This document shows, piece by piece, positions 51,644 to 64,000 of a stretch of 64,000 nucleotides of DNA (position 1 is the first letter of the stretch; the number at the start of each line of letters is the position of its first letter). Below the pieces are notes generated by a model. It searched no databases and was not told the origin of the DNA. It saw only the letters and a list, made by a program, of their open reading frames with translations. Origin of the DNA: Antedon mediterranea (taxonomy: Eukaryota; Animalia; Echinodermata); assembly GCF_964355755.1 (NCBI RefSeq), contig NC_092673.1:13364948-13428947 (forward strand), given 5' to 3'. Made by a program: the position numbers and the translations under genes.

Positions 51644-52345
51644 TCAATAATATTTCTTCAACGAATGGTAATTGGTAAAGCATGCACCTTTGTGAAGAGG
51701 TATGTTACATGACCCGTGACATACCTTGTCTCTTCTCTCAGTCTCAGCCTTTTTTGTTCCAGTTCCAACAACAATCGACTTGAGTGAGTGGTTACGCATG
51801 ACACCATCTAATATTGTGGCTGGATCATTTGCAGGCGTTTGTGGAGTTGGCACTGCTGCATAATCTTGATCTGCATTGTGAATATTTCCTTCTCCGTCAA
51901 TACCATCATCACCATCATATTTATAATTTACCCAAACACTTTTGATAAAGTCAGAGAGTGACTTGCATTTTAGATTTTCTACCTTTCATTTGTATAAGAC
52001 ATATGCATTGTACATGGCTATCTGCAATATATAAAAAAAAACTTCACTGACTTCCTTGTGAATGATAGTATCCAATACATTAATCCAGCTTTACACCATT
52101 CATGTGAGTGTTGTACTATGTAATATAGGTAGGCTTCATCTTACCCTCCCCCATTCACCTCTACCATCGCATTATCTACTATTGTTGTGACTGCCTTTAC
52201 AACACGTTTGTAACGCCATGCAACACATAATACGTTGTCTATGTATAATGCAATTAATCTCCCACTTGCATGTTGTTCGTAATGGCGTTGTGCATAGCAG
52301 GTGGCTTATCCTTATTCTGTTGTTGGTTATGTTACCCAGCAAAGG
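51644..52345 (-). mobile_element. piggyBac (PGBD4-like) transposase, C-terminal half
   Basis: DNVLCVAWR.KRVV...KP...YNTHMNGV...FFYILQIAMYNAYVLY and a C-terminal Cys-rich CHGSCNIPLHKGACFTNYH. Confidence 0.8.
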
Positions 52346-52637
52346 ATTTAGTAATAGGAAACAATATAGTAAATAATAACAATAATAATAATACATTAAC
52401 AAAACAAAAAAACAAGATATGATAAGAGTGCATTTACAGAAGTAAATTTAAAACAGGAGCAAATTAAAACAGGAGCTCCCGATATAATAATACGATGTAA
52501 TATAGTAGTAATGAACAGCTAACGGAAAATCGATATTTCATATTTTAAAATGATATAATTATGTAAAGTCAAGGGAAAAAAAAGTTCTTCTTGGATAGAT
52601 GAAGCTGGATAGAGTTCATCATTGTGCAAACAGGTTA

Positions 52638-53288
52638 CTACTTAAACACATGTGGGATACCAGTTGATGAACGCCATTTCCCGGCTCTGAACCTAAGCTT
52701 GATTCCTTGATCATACAGGGCTTTAACTTGGGTCTTCCACTTGTTCTTTTCTTGCCTGTCCGTGCGAGTTAGGTCATCTATAATGTAGGCACCTGGACTA
52801 GCGAGTTTATGTCGGTTTTTGAGGATTGCTACTTTGTCAACATATGATAGCACTTTAAAGAGTATATGGGGCGGCTTTCCTTGGAATCCTAGACCGTCTC
52901 GATGGGCTCTCTCAATCATCGGTTTAATTTTAAAATGAGTGGCTAAGAAATCTTCAACAATGTTGATTGGGTTTTCATTATCAGATTTAGCGATTCCTAC
53001 AATGCGAATGTTATTTCTCCTGGAGAAGCGTTCAGCCTTGTTTAGCTCAGCCTGCATAGACGCAATTGTGTTGTGAGCTGTATGCAAATCGTCGACGAAT
53101 TCCGCCTGCCTAGCTTCGTATCGCGACTGAGCCTTTTCTAGAGCAATAATTCTTTCTTCGTTGAATTTAATAGATTCAGCTAATTTACTCTCAAGGTTAT
53201 TTTGTGATTTCATGATATTGGAAAGAGATTCTTTAACAAATTCTTCAAAACTTACGTTTTCAGGCTTTTTTGAACGTGTAGTAGCCAT
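52638..53288 (-). CDS. L1/Tx1-type ORF1p (coiled coil + RRM + CTD), intact 216-aa ORF
   Basis: ERFSRRNNIRIVGI, IERAHR, PPHILFK, IIDDLT..DR, LRFRAGK. ORF2 is absent downstream. Confidence 0.88.
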   Translation of the reverse strand: MATTRSKKPENVSFEEFVKESLSNIMKSQNNLESKLAESIKFNEERIIALEKAQSRYEARQAEFVDDLHTAHNTIASMQAELNKAERFSRRNNIRIVGIAKSDNENPINIVEDFLATHFKIKPMIERAHRDGLGFQGKPPHILFKVLSYVDKVAILKNRHKLASPGAYIIDDLTRTDRQEKNKWKTQVKALYDQGIKLRFRAGKWRSSTGIPHVFK

Positions 53289-53290
53289 TA

Positions 53291-55025
53291 GGCGTCATCT
53301 ACAAATTATTTCAGACCACAGAGACGCGTCTGAAAACTTGCAACCCATCAGACGCGTCTGTCCAATGCTGAACCTCATTAACGATCTATTATGAATATTC
53401 ATGAGCTACCCAATCGCGGCGAAGACGCGTCTGTGTGATTAAAACCCGTCTTCGCTGTTAGTAGGTAAAACAATAGAAAACGCGTCTGAGTGATTAAAAA
53501 ACCCGTCTGTATTGCTTGTATGGTGAAACAACATTGGTATCATTTCACAGAACCAACAAATCTGAGACTAGGCCTAGGTTATCCTAATTTGGACGGAAAT
53601 TCGCCGATGAGACGACATCGGGCCTGTGGACCTCAGCTCATGCAGAGAGAAAGAAAGTCTAGGCTAGCCTAGTTTCGGAGGCCTACACCAGGCCTCCTAG
53701 CCTAGGCCTATAAATTATTTAACGCTCCTACCTTGGGTTAGCGAATTATAAAAACAATGACGCCTAGGCTAGGATATGAAAATAAATATATATTCCATAT
53801 TAAGATTTAACATAGGCCTAGGGCCTAGGCCGTTTAAAATGATTACGACATGTGTAAAGAAAAAGGCTCGACCAGAATTTGGAGGGGAAAAAACATGTGA
53901 GCAGTTTAGAGCTAGAGAGAGAGTATTATGTTTCATGTCATGTGACACAAAATCCAGGTACACTATCTTAATTACTGTTTTATCGTCGTCAGACGGCAGC
54001 CACCAGAGTATCGCGTTTCATGCCATGTGCCCAAAAAACTAGGTCTGTATTTATTACGGTCTTCTGTCGGCAGTCTTTTTGAGCGAAATGTTGAGCGACC
54101 GACTGAAAACGTTCTGATACTATATTTAGAATGAATTGTTTACGATCTTTTTTTCTCGGCATCGTTCTGGATGGACTGGACGTTCGCTATAATATGTTTA
54201 TTAGTTGGTCTGTTCGTTGAGGTTCACCTGTGTTGGATCGCGTGTCTCTACGTTTACATCGTGGGAAATTTATATTTATATTCGCCGTTGAGTAGGTAAA
54301 CACGCACGAAGGAAACGATTACGATTAAAAAATATTATATTATATTTACAACTTGGTCCTCCGCCAGTTAAATTTAACACATTAATTTCACACCTTACTT
54401 CACTAAGAACATCGTAGGGTTGTTTATTTAGGTTACGAACTCCCTACGAAGTTCAGAATGTAGTTCATTGAAAGTTGTTTATTGAGGTTACGAAGCCAAA
54501 CAATGGAACCTACGAAGCCAACAACGTAGCCTACGATCAAGCTACTTCGTAGGTAAAGTTGCAGTATTTTCTTTCTGTACTGTCTGTAGGTCAATAGTTT
54601 GAGTGATTCCATGTTCCAAAAGTTAACTTTAACGTTTTTGCATTTGGTAAATTCACTCTTTACCACAAGAAAAATAAAATCGCAAAAATAAAAGGTCGCG
54701 AATAAATAGAAACGAACATTTGCGCTTTACATACTCTGTCGGCGGTAAAAGGGTATACCTGTACTGATTTGTTTGTCTTACTGCCGGTTGTATAATTTAA
54801 TATCACACGCTCTCAATGAATTCACTTGTATGTAGCGCGTTTAACACCAGTACACAGTATAACAATGTGCAGTCAGCCGTATATAGGGCGGGGCCATAGT
54901 CGAACATGCATATTGGCGTCTAGACGCAGCCAAATCAGACGGGTTTTGAGACGCGTTTTTGGGTAAACAATAGAAAACGCGTCTGGACGCTGATTTGTGG
55001 TCTAAAATAATTTGTAGATGACGCC
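53291..55025. mobile_element. PIF/Harbinger non-autonomous element (1735 bp)
   Basis: TIR GGCGTCATCTACAAATTATTT(C/T)AGACCACA, TTA TSD (53288-53290, 55026-55028), subterminal GACGCGTCTG repeats. Confidence 0.9.
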
Positions 55026-55064
55026 TTATGAAAAAGTAATATCGGGAGCTCTCGTTTGGCACTT

Positions 55065-55620
55065 CTTACTCAAGCGGAGCCATGAGTAAAACTGAATCCA
55101 GTATCAGCAACTCCACAATACGTCTTCAGCTGCCAGCAGTAACTTGTCTTTCAGAATCAGTTGATACATATGACTTGATGCCATATTTGATTAGTTTGTC
55201 CTTGTTGTATACCTTGAAACCAGCCACGCCATGACAACATACCCTCACCAATTGATATTTCTGCCCAGGAGTAGTGTAGAGCTCTCGAAATTTGACAAGC
55301 ATGTGATCTAATATAGGCAAGACTTTGTAAAGCCTGTCTGTGCAATTGGGTGGGCATTGGCTATTATGGTTGAAATGAAAAAAAGAAAGAATAATCTAAA
55401 AGTGATTTCTTGACATCATTCTACTAAACATTGAACATTGTTGAAACAAGTTCATCGGTTGACCAATATTGTTGTAGCTCTGGTTTTCCAATCATCCCAG
55501 TTAGGAACATAAATCCTAGAACTTCCTTTCTTGGACACTTATTGGTTTCCATGCCTTATCACATGAGTGTTCCTTCTGTGTGTTGATACGTTGCTGTTGC
55601 CCAATATTTTGACCTCCATA
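55065..55620 (-). mobile_element. piggyBac (PGBD4-like) transposase, N-terminal half
   Basis: FLTGMIGKPELQQYWSTD...MSRNHF...DRLYKVLPILDH...ISIGEGMLSWRG...KYGIKSY. Confidence 0.8.
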
Positions 55621-56540
55621 AACATTGGTCTCTAATCTGATTAGCTATTTATGATTACATTACATGACTGGAAAAGAAGTGAAAGGAAAATGCAATTGTT
55701 GCCAGTTGTCAGCTTCCTAATCGGCATCTAGATGTTGATTCCTTTTCAAAGTTTAATTTGTTTTGCTCCACACACATTCTCATCGTTTGTGTGATTGGTT
55801 CCACAATTAAGTTGAATGGTAGGATTCTTTTTATTAATTTTTAAATTCACAAGGCTCAACGAAATGAAAGGTGTTTTATTGTGACTTTTTCTTCTATAAT
55901 CGACCTAGTCTCTTAATTGGTTGCATGAAATTCATTTCAATATAAAATATGGCATTGCATGATAATTAAACTAAATTCATGTGCATATTGCTTGAGAACT
56001 TCAATTAATCTTGAGCAAAAAAAGATAACGCTGGTACAAATTTATTCCCCTTTGAAACTTTCTATATGGTTTTTGAATTGTGTATACTTGCTTGATTTGT
56101 TTTATGCTTTAACCCAGGTATATAAATAAAATTCAAGCCTGCTCCTGAGCTTTAATTTAGATGACTCGTCTATGTGGATATAATTGAAGGTTTCTTGTCT
56201 TATTGTTAGTTACCTGATGGCATTGTAATTGTATGTCTCATACTCAGGTCTGTGAGTAATTATGTGCCTATACCAATAGTGTGTTAGCCCACTCCAGCAC
56301 AAATACAGTATTTTGCTTGTGTACATGGTAAGAATATGCCATTTCACATCTTGTTCTCCTTGATGCACACATGTAAACTGAAATCATTGTTTACTTTGGA
56401 GATAAAAAGCCATCTTTATACTTTGTTAACACTTTGTTAACATTTCATCATTTGATGACCCACTACTAAAGCAATTGCAGTTAATTTAATTTTAATTTAA
56501 ACTTTAATTGCCCAGCTATTAAGAGTTCTGATTTGCGTAA

Positions 56541-59390
56541 GTCAGTGGGGAAACTAAATAAGAGAACATAAGAAACAAATACATTTAATAAACTGAGTAT
56601 GAACATGATTTTCTTGAGTTAAAGATCATTTGCTGTAATTTTTACTGTAGTATTGAAAATTAATTAATTTATTTGGCAATAAACTTTAAAATTAATTTTC
56701 TTTATTTAATATTTCCTCTTTTGAATAGGTTGTTGTTTTTTATCTAATGCTAAAAACAAATCTTCGTCACTTTCAGTCCGAATAGAAAAGTGGGTTAATC
56801 CATGTCGATTTCAAATTCAACAGTTTTTTTTACTGCTTACACCGCTTGAATCCTCAGCTGCCTCTTTAGGCCCTAAATTTCCACACCTTGAGCTTTTATT
56901 CTCAAGGTATCTTTAATTACTCTGCCAATTCTTTCGGCAGTATTTCCCAACTTTTTATCGCCGACTTTCGATTGGAAGCAATCAGTCAGTGGGGAAACTA
57001 AATAAGAGAACATAAGAAACAAATACATTTAATAAACTGGGTATGAACATGATTTTCTTGAGTTAAAGATCATTTGCTGTAATTTTCACTGTAGTATTTG
57101 GCAATAAACTTTAAAATTAAGAATCAAAGTCAAACAGCACAGAATAGTATATTTTCCTCCTTGTCCAAGTTAAGCTTGATCATCAGTACATGGTTCATCT
57201 ATACACATACAAACTTCAAAGGCAGCTACATTTAATACTTTGGCACTGCCTGTTCGTCTTTGCAGATTCACACATTAAAAGGTGTCGCTGTTACAAAACC
57301 ACAGACCAACATCTTTTTTTGTCCTCTGTTTCTGCATCTCTTTATGTTTTTGGAAAGTTCAAGAACAGATGTAATAGGTTTCCATACCACAACTTGAAAG
57401 TTTATGTCCGAATCAAGTTTTTGTTGTTTTTTTGCTGCTTATGAAGTTTACATATCATATGATCTTCTTGTAAATTGTATACTTGGAACAGAGACAGCTT
57501 AAACCTGAATATTGATCTTGTTTATTGACTGTGAAGAAAGGACCCAGAATATATTACCTGAGTGTAGCAATGACTATAAGGAAATTTCAGCAAAGAAGAT
57601 GAGCATGCTTTGAATGAATAATAAGGAGGTTACCATGCACAAAATGTCATTGCAGAATTGAACCATTTTATAAAGTATAGAACTATCTTTGGTGAAATAA
57701 GCAAAAATTACAAATCTTCAATGGCGCATTACAATATTGTGTTCATCAAGCAGAAGATTATGGATTAATATTTTGTTTATATTGCAATAGATTTTGTAAA
57801 TGTACAGTGATATATTGGTAAATTGTTCTTCATTTTACCAGGAAACCTTTTGTTCTTGCACTACAGGCAATAATGTAATCACCACATTAAAAGATGCAAG
57901 AAATACAGGTGGTGGTTGACTTGTTGAAAAAGCTTTTTATAAAATAGAAATAACAACATTTATTTATCAGAGGAAGTTTTAATATTGAAAACAGACAACA
58001 AAGACTGTGGTATTGTACTAGAGACAAGAACTTTGTAACTGGATAGTGTCAAAGTATGAATGTATCCACGGAAACAAACCAAAAGAAACGAAGGTGAAAC
58101 CTAAATGGGGAGAATTCCTATTTGTGCCTATATATTTGACTTAATATTTGATGTACTGTACAACTAAACTTTATTTTCATTTTATGATTTATTGTCTCAA
58201 TTGTCTCAAAACATTTTTGTAAAATATATTTTTTAAATGCCAGATAAGAATGTACACAGCAGTGACCTTTAACTTAAACAATCATGTTACCACTTGATTT
58301 CATAACTATTACTATCTTGTATTTGGCTAACTTAGTTAAAAATTAAATGTGTCTAACCAGAAACAAGTGGCATTTGTTATATTTTAAAGATCCAAACTTG
58401 TTTCTTGTGAGGAATTACTTGGTTTCGGCCTACCTAACTAAAACTTCTGTAATCTCTAACAGCAAGTTAACATTAGTTGGTGAGATTAAACCTTTGTCTT
58501 CAAGTGAATTGAGTAAGTTATATCCACTGAAATTTTGATTTGTCCTTGCCTAGTTTTATGTTCTGAACACTGTTTAGATATGTGAAATATTTTATTTTGT
58601 GAAAATGTTGTGAAATATTTGATTCTGTGACATTTCTTTCAAAAGTAGAATTGTAAATATCATGTGCATCCAGGTTTTCCAGGCTGTGTGTATGGTCCTT
58701 GTCCAATTCTTCTCTGTATCTTGTTGTGTATCTTTTTTATGTAGCTTCAGGTTCTTTCGTTTCAGATATAAATGTAAAGTTTGTTGAAAGTGAATCCTTC
58801 AAATGAATAATATACCTTTTTTTGGGAACTCCACTGATTTTGTTTTCCCATTCACAATAACTCTCTGCTTTTGATTGCTAATGTATGCTAATAGATGACC
58901 TTCAATTCCATAAGAATTCAATTTGAACAACTTTGTATGTGGAACCTTGTCAAATGACTTCTGGAAATCAAAATAGGTACAGTCAAAGGATAGACCCTGA
59001 TCATTGTACCAATTTTGGACACAATGATCTATGAGCAATCATGTATGGGTACTTTATTTTTTAAGGGGAAGAGTTAAGGTTATATATTTTTTGTTTTCTT
59101 TATTTAATATTTCCTCTTTTGGGATATGTTGTTGTTTTTTATCTAATGCTAAAAACAAATCTTTGTCACTTTCAGTCAGAATAGAAAATGTGGGTTAATC
59201 CATGCCGATTTCAAATTCAACAGTTTTTTTACTGCTTACAGTTTACACCGCTTGAATCCTCAACTGCCTCTTTAGGCCCTCAATTTCCACAGCTTGAGCT
59301 TTTATTCTCAAGGTGTCTTCAATTACTCTGCCAATTCTTTCGGCAGTATTTCCCAACTTTTTATCGCTGACTTTCGATTGGAAGCAGTCA
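56541..59390. repeat. Local diverged duplications (56696-56980 with 59094-59385; 56541-56695 with 56985-57120)
   Basis: Direct sequence identity with substitutions and indels. The first pair encodes a minus-strand coiled-coil fragment (ERIGRVIEDTLRIKAQAVEIEGLKRQLR). Confidence 0.85.
58799..59040 (-). mobile_element. CR1 reverse-transcriptase fragment
   Basis: YFDFQKSFDKVPH.KL.KLNSYGIEG.L...KQRVIVNG. Confidence 0.8.
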
Positions 59391-60699
59391 AAATAAAAGC
59401 TGTTATTGATGCAGCATCTATTCAATTCATTAGTTCCTCATTCATTTTGTCCAATCTGTTGAAAGTGAATTAAAATTATAAAGTGAACAGAGAACTAAAC
59501 TTATATTGTTTTATTTAGTTTATTCGTTAATAATAATTACATGTAAGCCTTCTAGGCTGTTTTTTATACTGATTTCAAATGTTTATTTTATATTATTTTT
59601 ATGACCAATTAAAGGTTGATTTTATATCTTAAAATAATATTCAATGTTTTTCTCACATTTTGGTATTCTTTTGTGCACATTTCCTGTGACCAATTAAACA
59701 TTTGTATTAACTTTTATTCATCAAACATGCTACAGATACAATTTCTGCATATGTGATATCAATGACAATATTATTATATGTTGGGAAACCTTACCTCATA
59801 TGCATTTGCCAATCTCCAATTAGTTATCCTGTTTAAATTTGACATACTTCCAATGAGGATGATGCAAACTAGTGATATTATTGTCATTTTCCAGAAAATG
59901 TAATTAAAACTATAAATGATACTCAGAAAACATGACATGTTAATGTTGGAATAAAATAGTTTAAAGTATTTAACTTTGTGTAGTTCTTTTCTGTCATACT
60001 TTACCTGCACTTAATTAGTCTGCTTCCACCAATTGTTGTACCTTTTATTTGGTTCATTTGCATATGTCCTTTCGTTCAGTGTAGGCTATGCTGGGTGGAA
60101 GAACCTTGGTAACCTATACTTTGTTAGGCGTCATCTCCCCCAAATTTCAGATAGAATGTACTGTAGCTGGTCGTGATATATAATTAAGAGATATGCGTGC
60201 AACAAAATTCTTGGAAAGAAAGAAGAAAAGAGACAATAACAAGGTTAAAATAAATATGTAAAAAATAATTAACACACCAAGTGAATTGTACACTCAACAA
60301 TTGAATAGGTTCAATGGTTTTGCTATTTTTTTTTTTGGTGGTTTGCAATACCCCAATTATTATTAATGGAAAATAATAAATGTCCATCTATGATGAAGTT
60401 CTTTTAGGGGGATGTGCAACATTAAAAAAAGTATGATAAATATTATTTTGTTTGCCATACCTCTTCATTGTGCTGTTTATGCAGTCCTTTAATGACACTC
60501 CACCAATCATCTTGAGTTGTGAAATCTAAATACAGATACAGTAGAGAATTACTTTAGTCACTGGTACTGGTACTGGTACTGGTTCAAATAACCGTCTCAC
60601 AGAGACATCTGGTAGCCATTGACTTGAAGTTGGCATTTGGATGTGTTACTTTTAAATGTAGGCCTACAGTATGAGAGTGACTACTACCAAATTACACAG

Positions 60700-61135
60700 T
60701 CACAAAACAACTTATAAAACAGTTCATATATACAGTTAAAACATTGCTGGGAATTATAAATTTCTGTTGAAGCAGGCTCTAATGAAGTTGTATCTAGTAA
60801 GTTGACTTTGTTGTACAACTCTATCAAGTACTGATGGTATCTTCCGACCTCTTCGTTTACTTTGTGTTGTGTGAAAAGTAAGAATTTTTGTAGGATCTTC
60901 ATTTTCTTTTCTAATTACATGTCCGATCCAGTTGAATTGTTGCTTGTAGACATATTCTTCTAGCGGTTGACAGCCAGTAATTTTGTAGAGATCGTCATTA
61001 TCAATTACGTAACGCCAGTCTATATAGTTTTCATCTGTTTCTTCATCTGAGGATATGTCTACATGGTTTGGTGGGCAGACTCTTTGAAAGCCATTCACTA
61101 GCATTCTTCTTAGGAAGGTTTTGTATGTTGTGCTA
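60700..61135 (-). mobile_element. RTE-like LINE 3' end
   Basis: FLRRML...NDDLYKITG...QQFNWIGHVIRKEN...RRGR (ORF 60754-61104); broken off at about 61135. Confidence 0.75.
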
Positions 61136-62080
61136 ATAGTCCATGGGATTTAGCTAAAAAATGACCCTTTTCTCACACAAATTGCAAGAAAAGGTTTTTT
61201 TGATGAAATGTGTTCTTTAGACCCTACTGAAGACATTTATCAACGTTAGGACATTTTTCGACAACGGGAAGTAGCCTAATTTGCATAATTAAAAATGGCG
61301 GCCATTTTTAATAACGTACTATGTATCTTGGAAACCGCTAGTCACAGATACTTAATTATGGTGTTAAAATCGTTAGAATATATGTATTTATATTCACTTT
61401 AATGAAAAAGTTTGTCCAAAAATGAATGGAAGTGCTTTTTCTAACATTATTGACCTTTGACCTTGATTTATCATATCTCAGCAACCACTAATCGGAGATA
61501 TACAAATTAGGGCTTAAATTGTTCAGAAACTACACATTTATATCCAGTCTAATGGCATGTTTTTGCAAAAAACGGCGGATTCTAACATTATTGACCTTTG
61601 ACCTTGAGTTATCATATCTGAGCAACCACTAATAGGAGAGACACAAAATATGGCTCAAAATGTTCAGAAACTACACATTTATGTTTAGTCTAATGGCATG
61701 TTTTTGCAAAAAATGGCCGATTCTAACATTATTGACCTTTGAACTTTACACTACATAAAATCGCATAACTTTGAAAATATTGTACATAGGAAATTATTTT
61801 TAGTGTCAAATTGTTCAGAACATACATGTTTCTATAGAGTCCAATAACACATTATGTACAATAATGGCCTATTGTATGGTTATTAACATTTGAACGATAT
61901 TTGAAAAGGATTTAAACCCGGAATCTTCTTTATATGGACATCCATTAGAACATGTGATTTGGCACTCTAAAATGTAAGAGTTGCAACGTTGACTTATTAT
62001 GTTTAGTTTAAAGTAGGCCATTGGTACATTAAATTTATAAGCACTAGATGGCACGCTCGCTTCGCTCGCGTACCATCTAG
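61136..62080. mobile_element. HINE-like non-autonomous element with an internal tandem repeat of about 140 bp
   Basis: Units beginning ttctaacattattgacctttga at about 61439, 61580 and 61721. Terminal hairpin CTAGATGG-cacgctcgcttcgctcgcgta-CCATCTAG at 62044-62080. Confidence 0.55.
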
Positions 62081-63199
62081 GGGTGCTCACAGATGGTTCT
62101 CGAATACAGTAGAATCCACGGACGGGGACTTTTTTGGGACACTAAACAAAAACGGAAGTGTCCCCCTAATTGGGGTATTCAGAAATAGAGACAACAAAAC
62201 CAATACTGGATTCCATAAAGGACAATTAATTTATGTGGATTAAAGAAATTAGGGAGAAATGGAAATGTATGTACGGGAATTGGGCGGCAGCACGTGGTGG
62301 TGGTGATGGAACCGCAGTAATAAAGTTGATTGTATTTATATATTATAAGAACCAAACTAAATAAATAGACCTAGACATTCTGCGAAATGGAAATCGGAAA
62401 TTCAAGCTCCTATTCAGTGAAAAATTAAACTGTAGTCTACCTAAATATTTAGGGCAAATCATCGGTTGTGGTGTTGAACTTCCTGTAAACATTTGTGTGA
62501 ACCAAACTGGGTCGAATTTCTGTCATGAGTACTGATTTGTTGGCCTGTGATTTATGACGCCTAAGGGATCTATCTAGACTTATTTTTTAGAATAATGTAC
62601 GTACCTGTCAGATACAATTGTCTTGTGTCGTATAATAAATAAGTACTGTAATAGTTACTGAAGTTACTATTACAATCTCGTCAATGAAAACACGAAAATG
62701 TATATGCACTTACTTATGAAAACGTATACAGTATTATACTCAGTTATTGAAACAGTAGGTTTAAAAAAGTTTCGTTTGTCTGTAAAATGATGTAATCAAG
62801 CTGTTTACATGAGTCTTAATTTATAAGCACATCAATAATAAAATAGTTTATCTATCCTGTAATTGCCGAGATTATGGTCGCTGTTGAATGAAATAAAGCC
62901 AATCGGTATCATATTTGTACAGAAACGTTTTCGCGGCCGAAGGGTGTAACCTAAATTCGTTGTATTATTATTATCGTCAAGAACTAACTGTAACTACATA
63001 GAAAGTAGGGTATCATAAATTTGGCCTTAGCACTCAGGGGAGTGGCTAAGATGAAGTCCGTGGGACTACTAAATATAAATTGTAATGAACCTCGAGGGAC
63101 ATAAATAGGAATATTTCATGTTTCATTATCAATGTATAATAAATGGAAACTGTTTACCGATTCAAATAATAGAAATTGGTTTTTAACATTTTCCGAACC

Positions 63200-64000
63200 T
63201 ATTGCAAGTTTATTCTCAAAGGGCCCATATATTTACCTACCGTATGTGTTAAACCAAGGGCTCATAAATTTACCTACAGTACTTGTGTTAAACCAAACTG
63301 GATGTTCCATTCATCGCAAATCAATACATTTGTATAATCGTATATTAAATCTATCAAAATAGTATTTTTTAAAGAAAATCGGCCTGTCTTCAACATTATG
63401 ATGGTGTACTCTAGCAATCTATCAAAATAGTATTTTTTTAAAGAAAATCGGCCTGTCTTCAACATTATGATGGTGTACTCTAGCTGTTCAACCGGTTTTC
63501 AGCTATTAAAAACAATTATCGTAGGAGGAGATAGGAAAATGCGAAGCCTCCTCGCTATGTAACATTAGGGTTGAGGGATGGGAAAGCGGATAGGTACAAA
63601 GAGGAACAATTTTTAAATATATTCTTTATCCACTGAGTAACGAAATATTTTGTTCATGTTTTATAGGCCTATAAATAATATACCTCTAAATACAGTAGGC
63701 CTAAAACATTTGCGATTTAATACTTTGTTAAAATTGTCACTGTCATAATCGATTGAAATATTAAAGTACATGTCACGATACACCACTACGACGTTTATAT
63801 TTTTGGTAATTATTAATTAATACAAACGTTGAGAAGGAACTGTCAGTATAAAGTTTATTTGTATATCTAACAGTAGAGCCTATCCACAGTCTCAGTAATA
63901 AAGTTTATTTGTATATATTTTTATATTACATCTAACAGTACGAACATTCACAGTAAGAAATGTTCGATTCAAATGAAAAATAGTTAATAGGTATTTACAG
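63200..64000 (+). repeat. Paralogue of 11262-12027 in permuted order (B 63200-63550, then A 63564 to window end), with internal small duplications
   Basis: Direct alignment by eye; tandem duplication of about 70 bp at about 63348-63482. Confidence 0.9.

Noticed and set aside
60561-60584. (ACTGGT)4 as a telomeric seed
   Set aside because: Not TTAGGG-type; an ordinary short microsatellite.

Overview
AT-rich, intron-containing eukaryotic DNA, probably from a marine invertebrate. An echinoderm-like origin is only an inference, from the repeat families and the abundance of TAGGCCTA. The window is mostly a nest of decayed transposable elements. Non-LTR retrotransposons include RTE-like, CR1/L2-like and L1/Tx1-like copies, one of them a full-length RTE with a 15-bp TSD. 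There is a Gypsy LTR relic. DNA-transposase relics belong to the Tc1, pogo/Tigger, Kolobok, Chapaev, EnSpm/CACTA and piggyBac types. There are also several TIR MITEs (PIF/Harbinger, pogo-like, Kolobok-like, hAT-like) and Helentron-associated (HINE-like) repeats carrying satellite arrays. The clearest host gene is a minus-strand spliced gene with two micro-exons, a two-helix transmembrane exon and a ZU5 exon (UNC5CL-like architecture). Three of its exons lie in a near-identical 2.1-kb tandem duplication, and the second ZU5 copy is frameshifted. A second spliced minus-strand gene at 36.3-38.0 kb is a pseudogene of unknown family. The most unusual signal comes from two paralogous repeat copies (11.3-12.0 kb vs 63.2-64.0 kb): single TA sites in one copy read TACAGTA or TAGGCCTA in the other, which suggests these very common motifs are transposon excision footprints. 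I found no CRISPR array, rRNA, intact tRNA or prokaryotic operon. All family assignments come from motifs recognised by eye; no database search was run.
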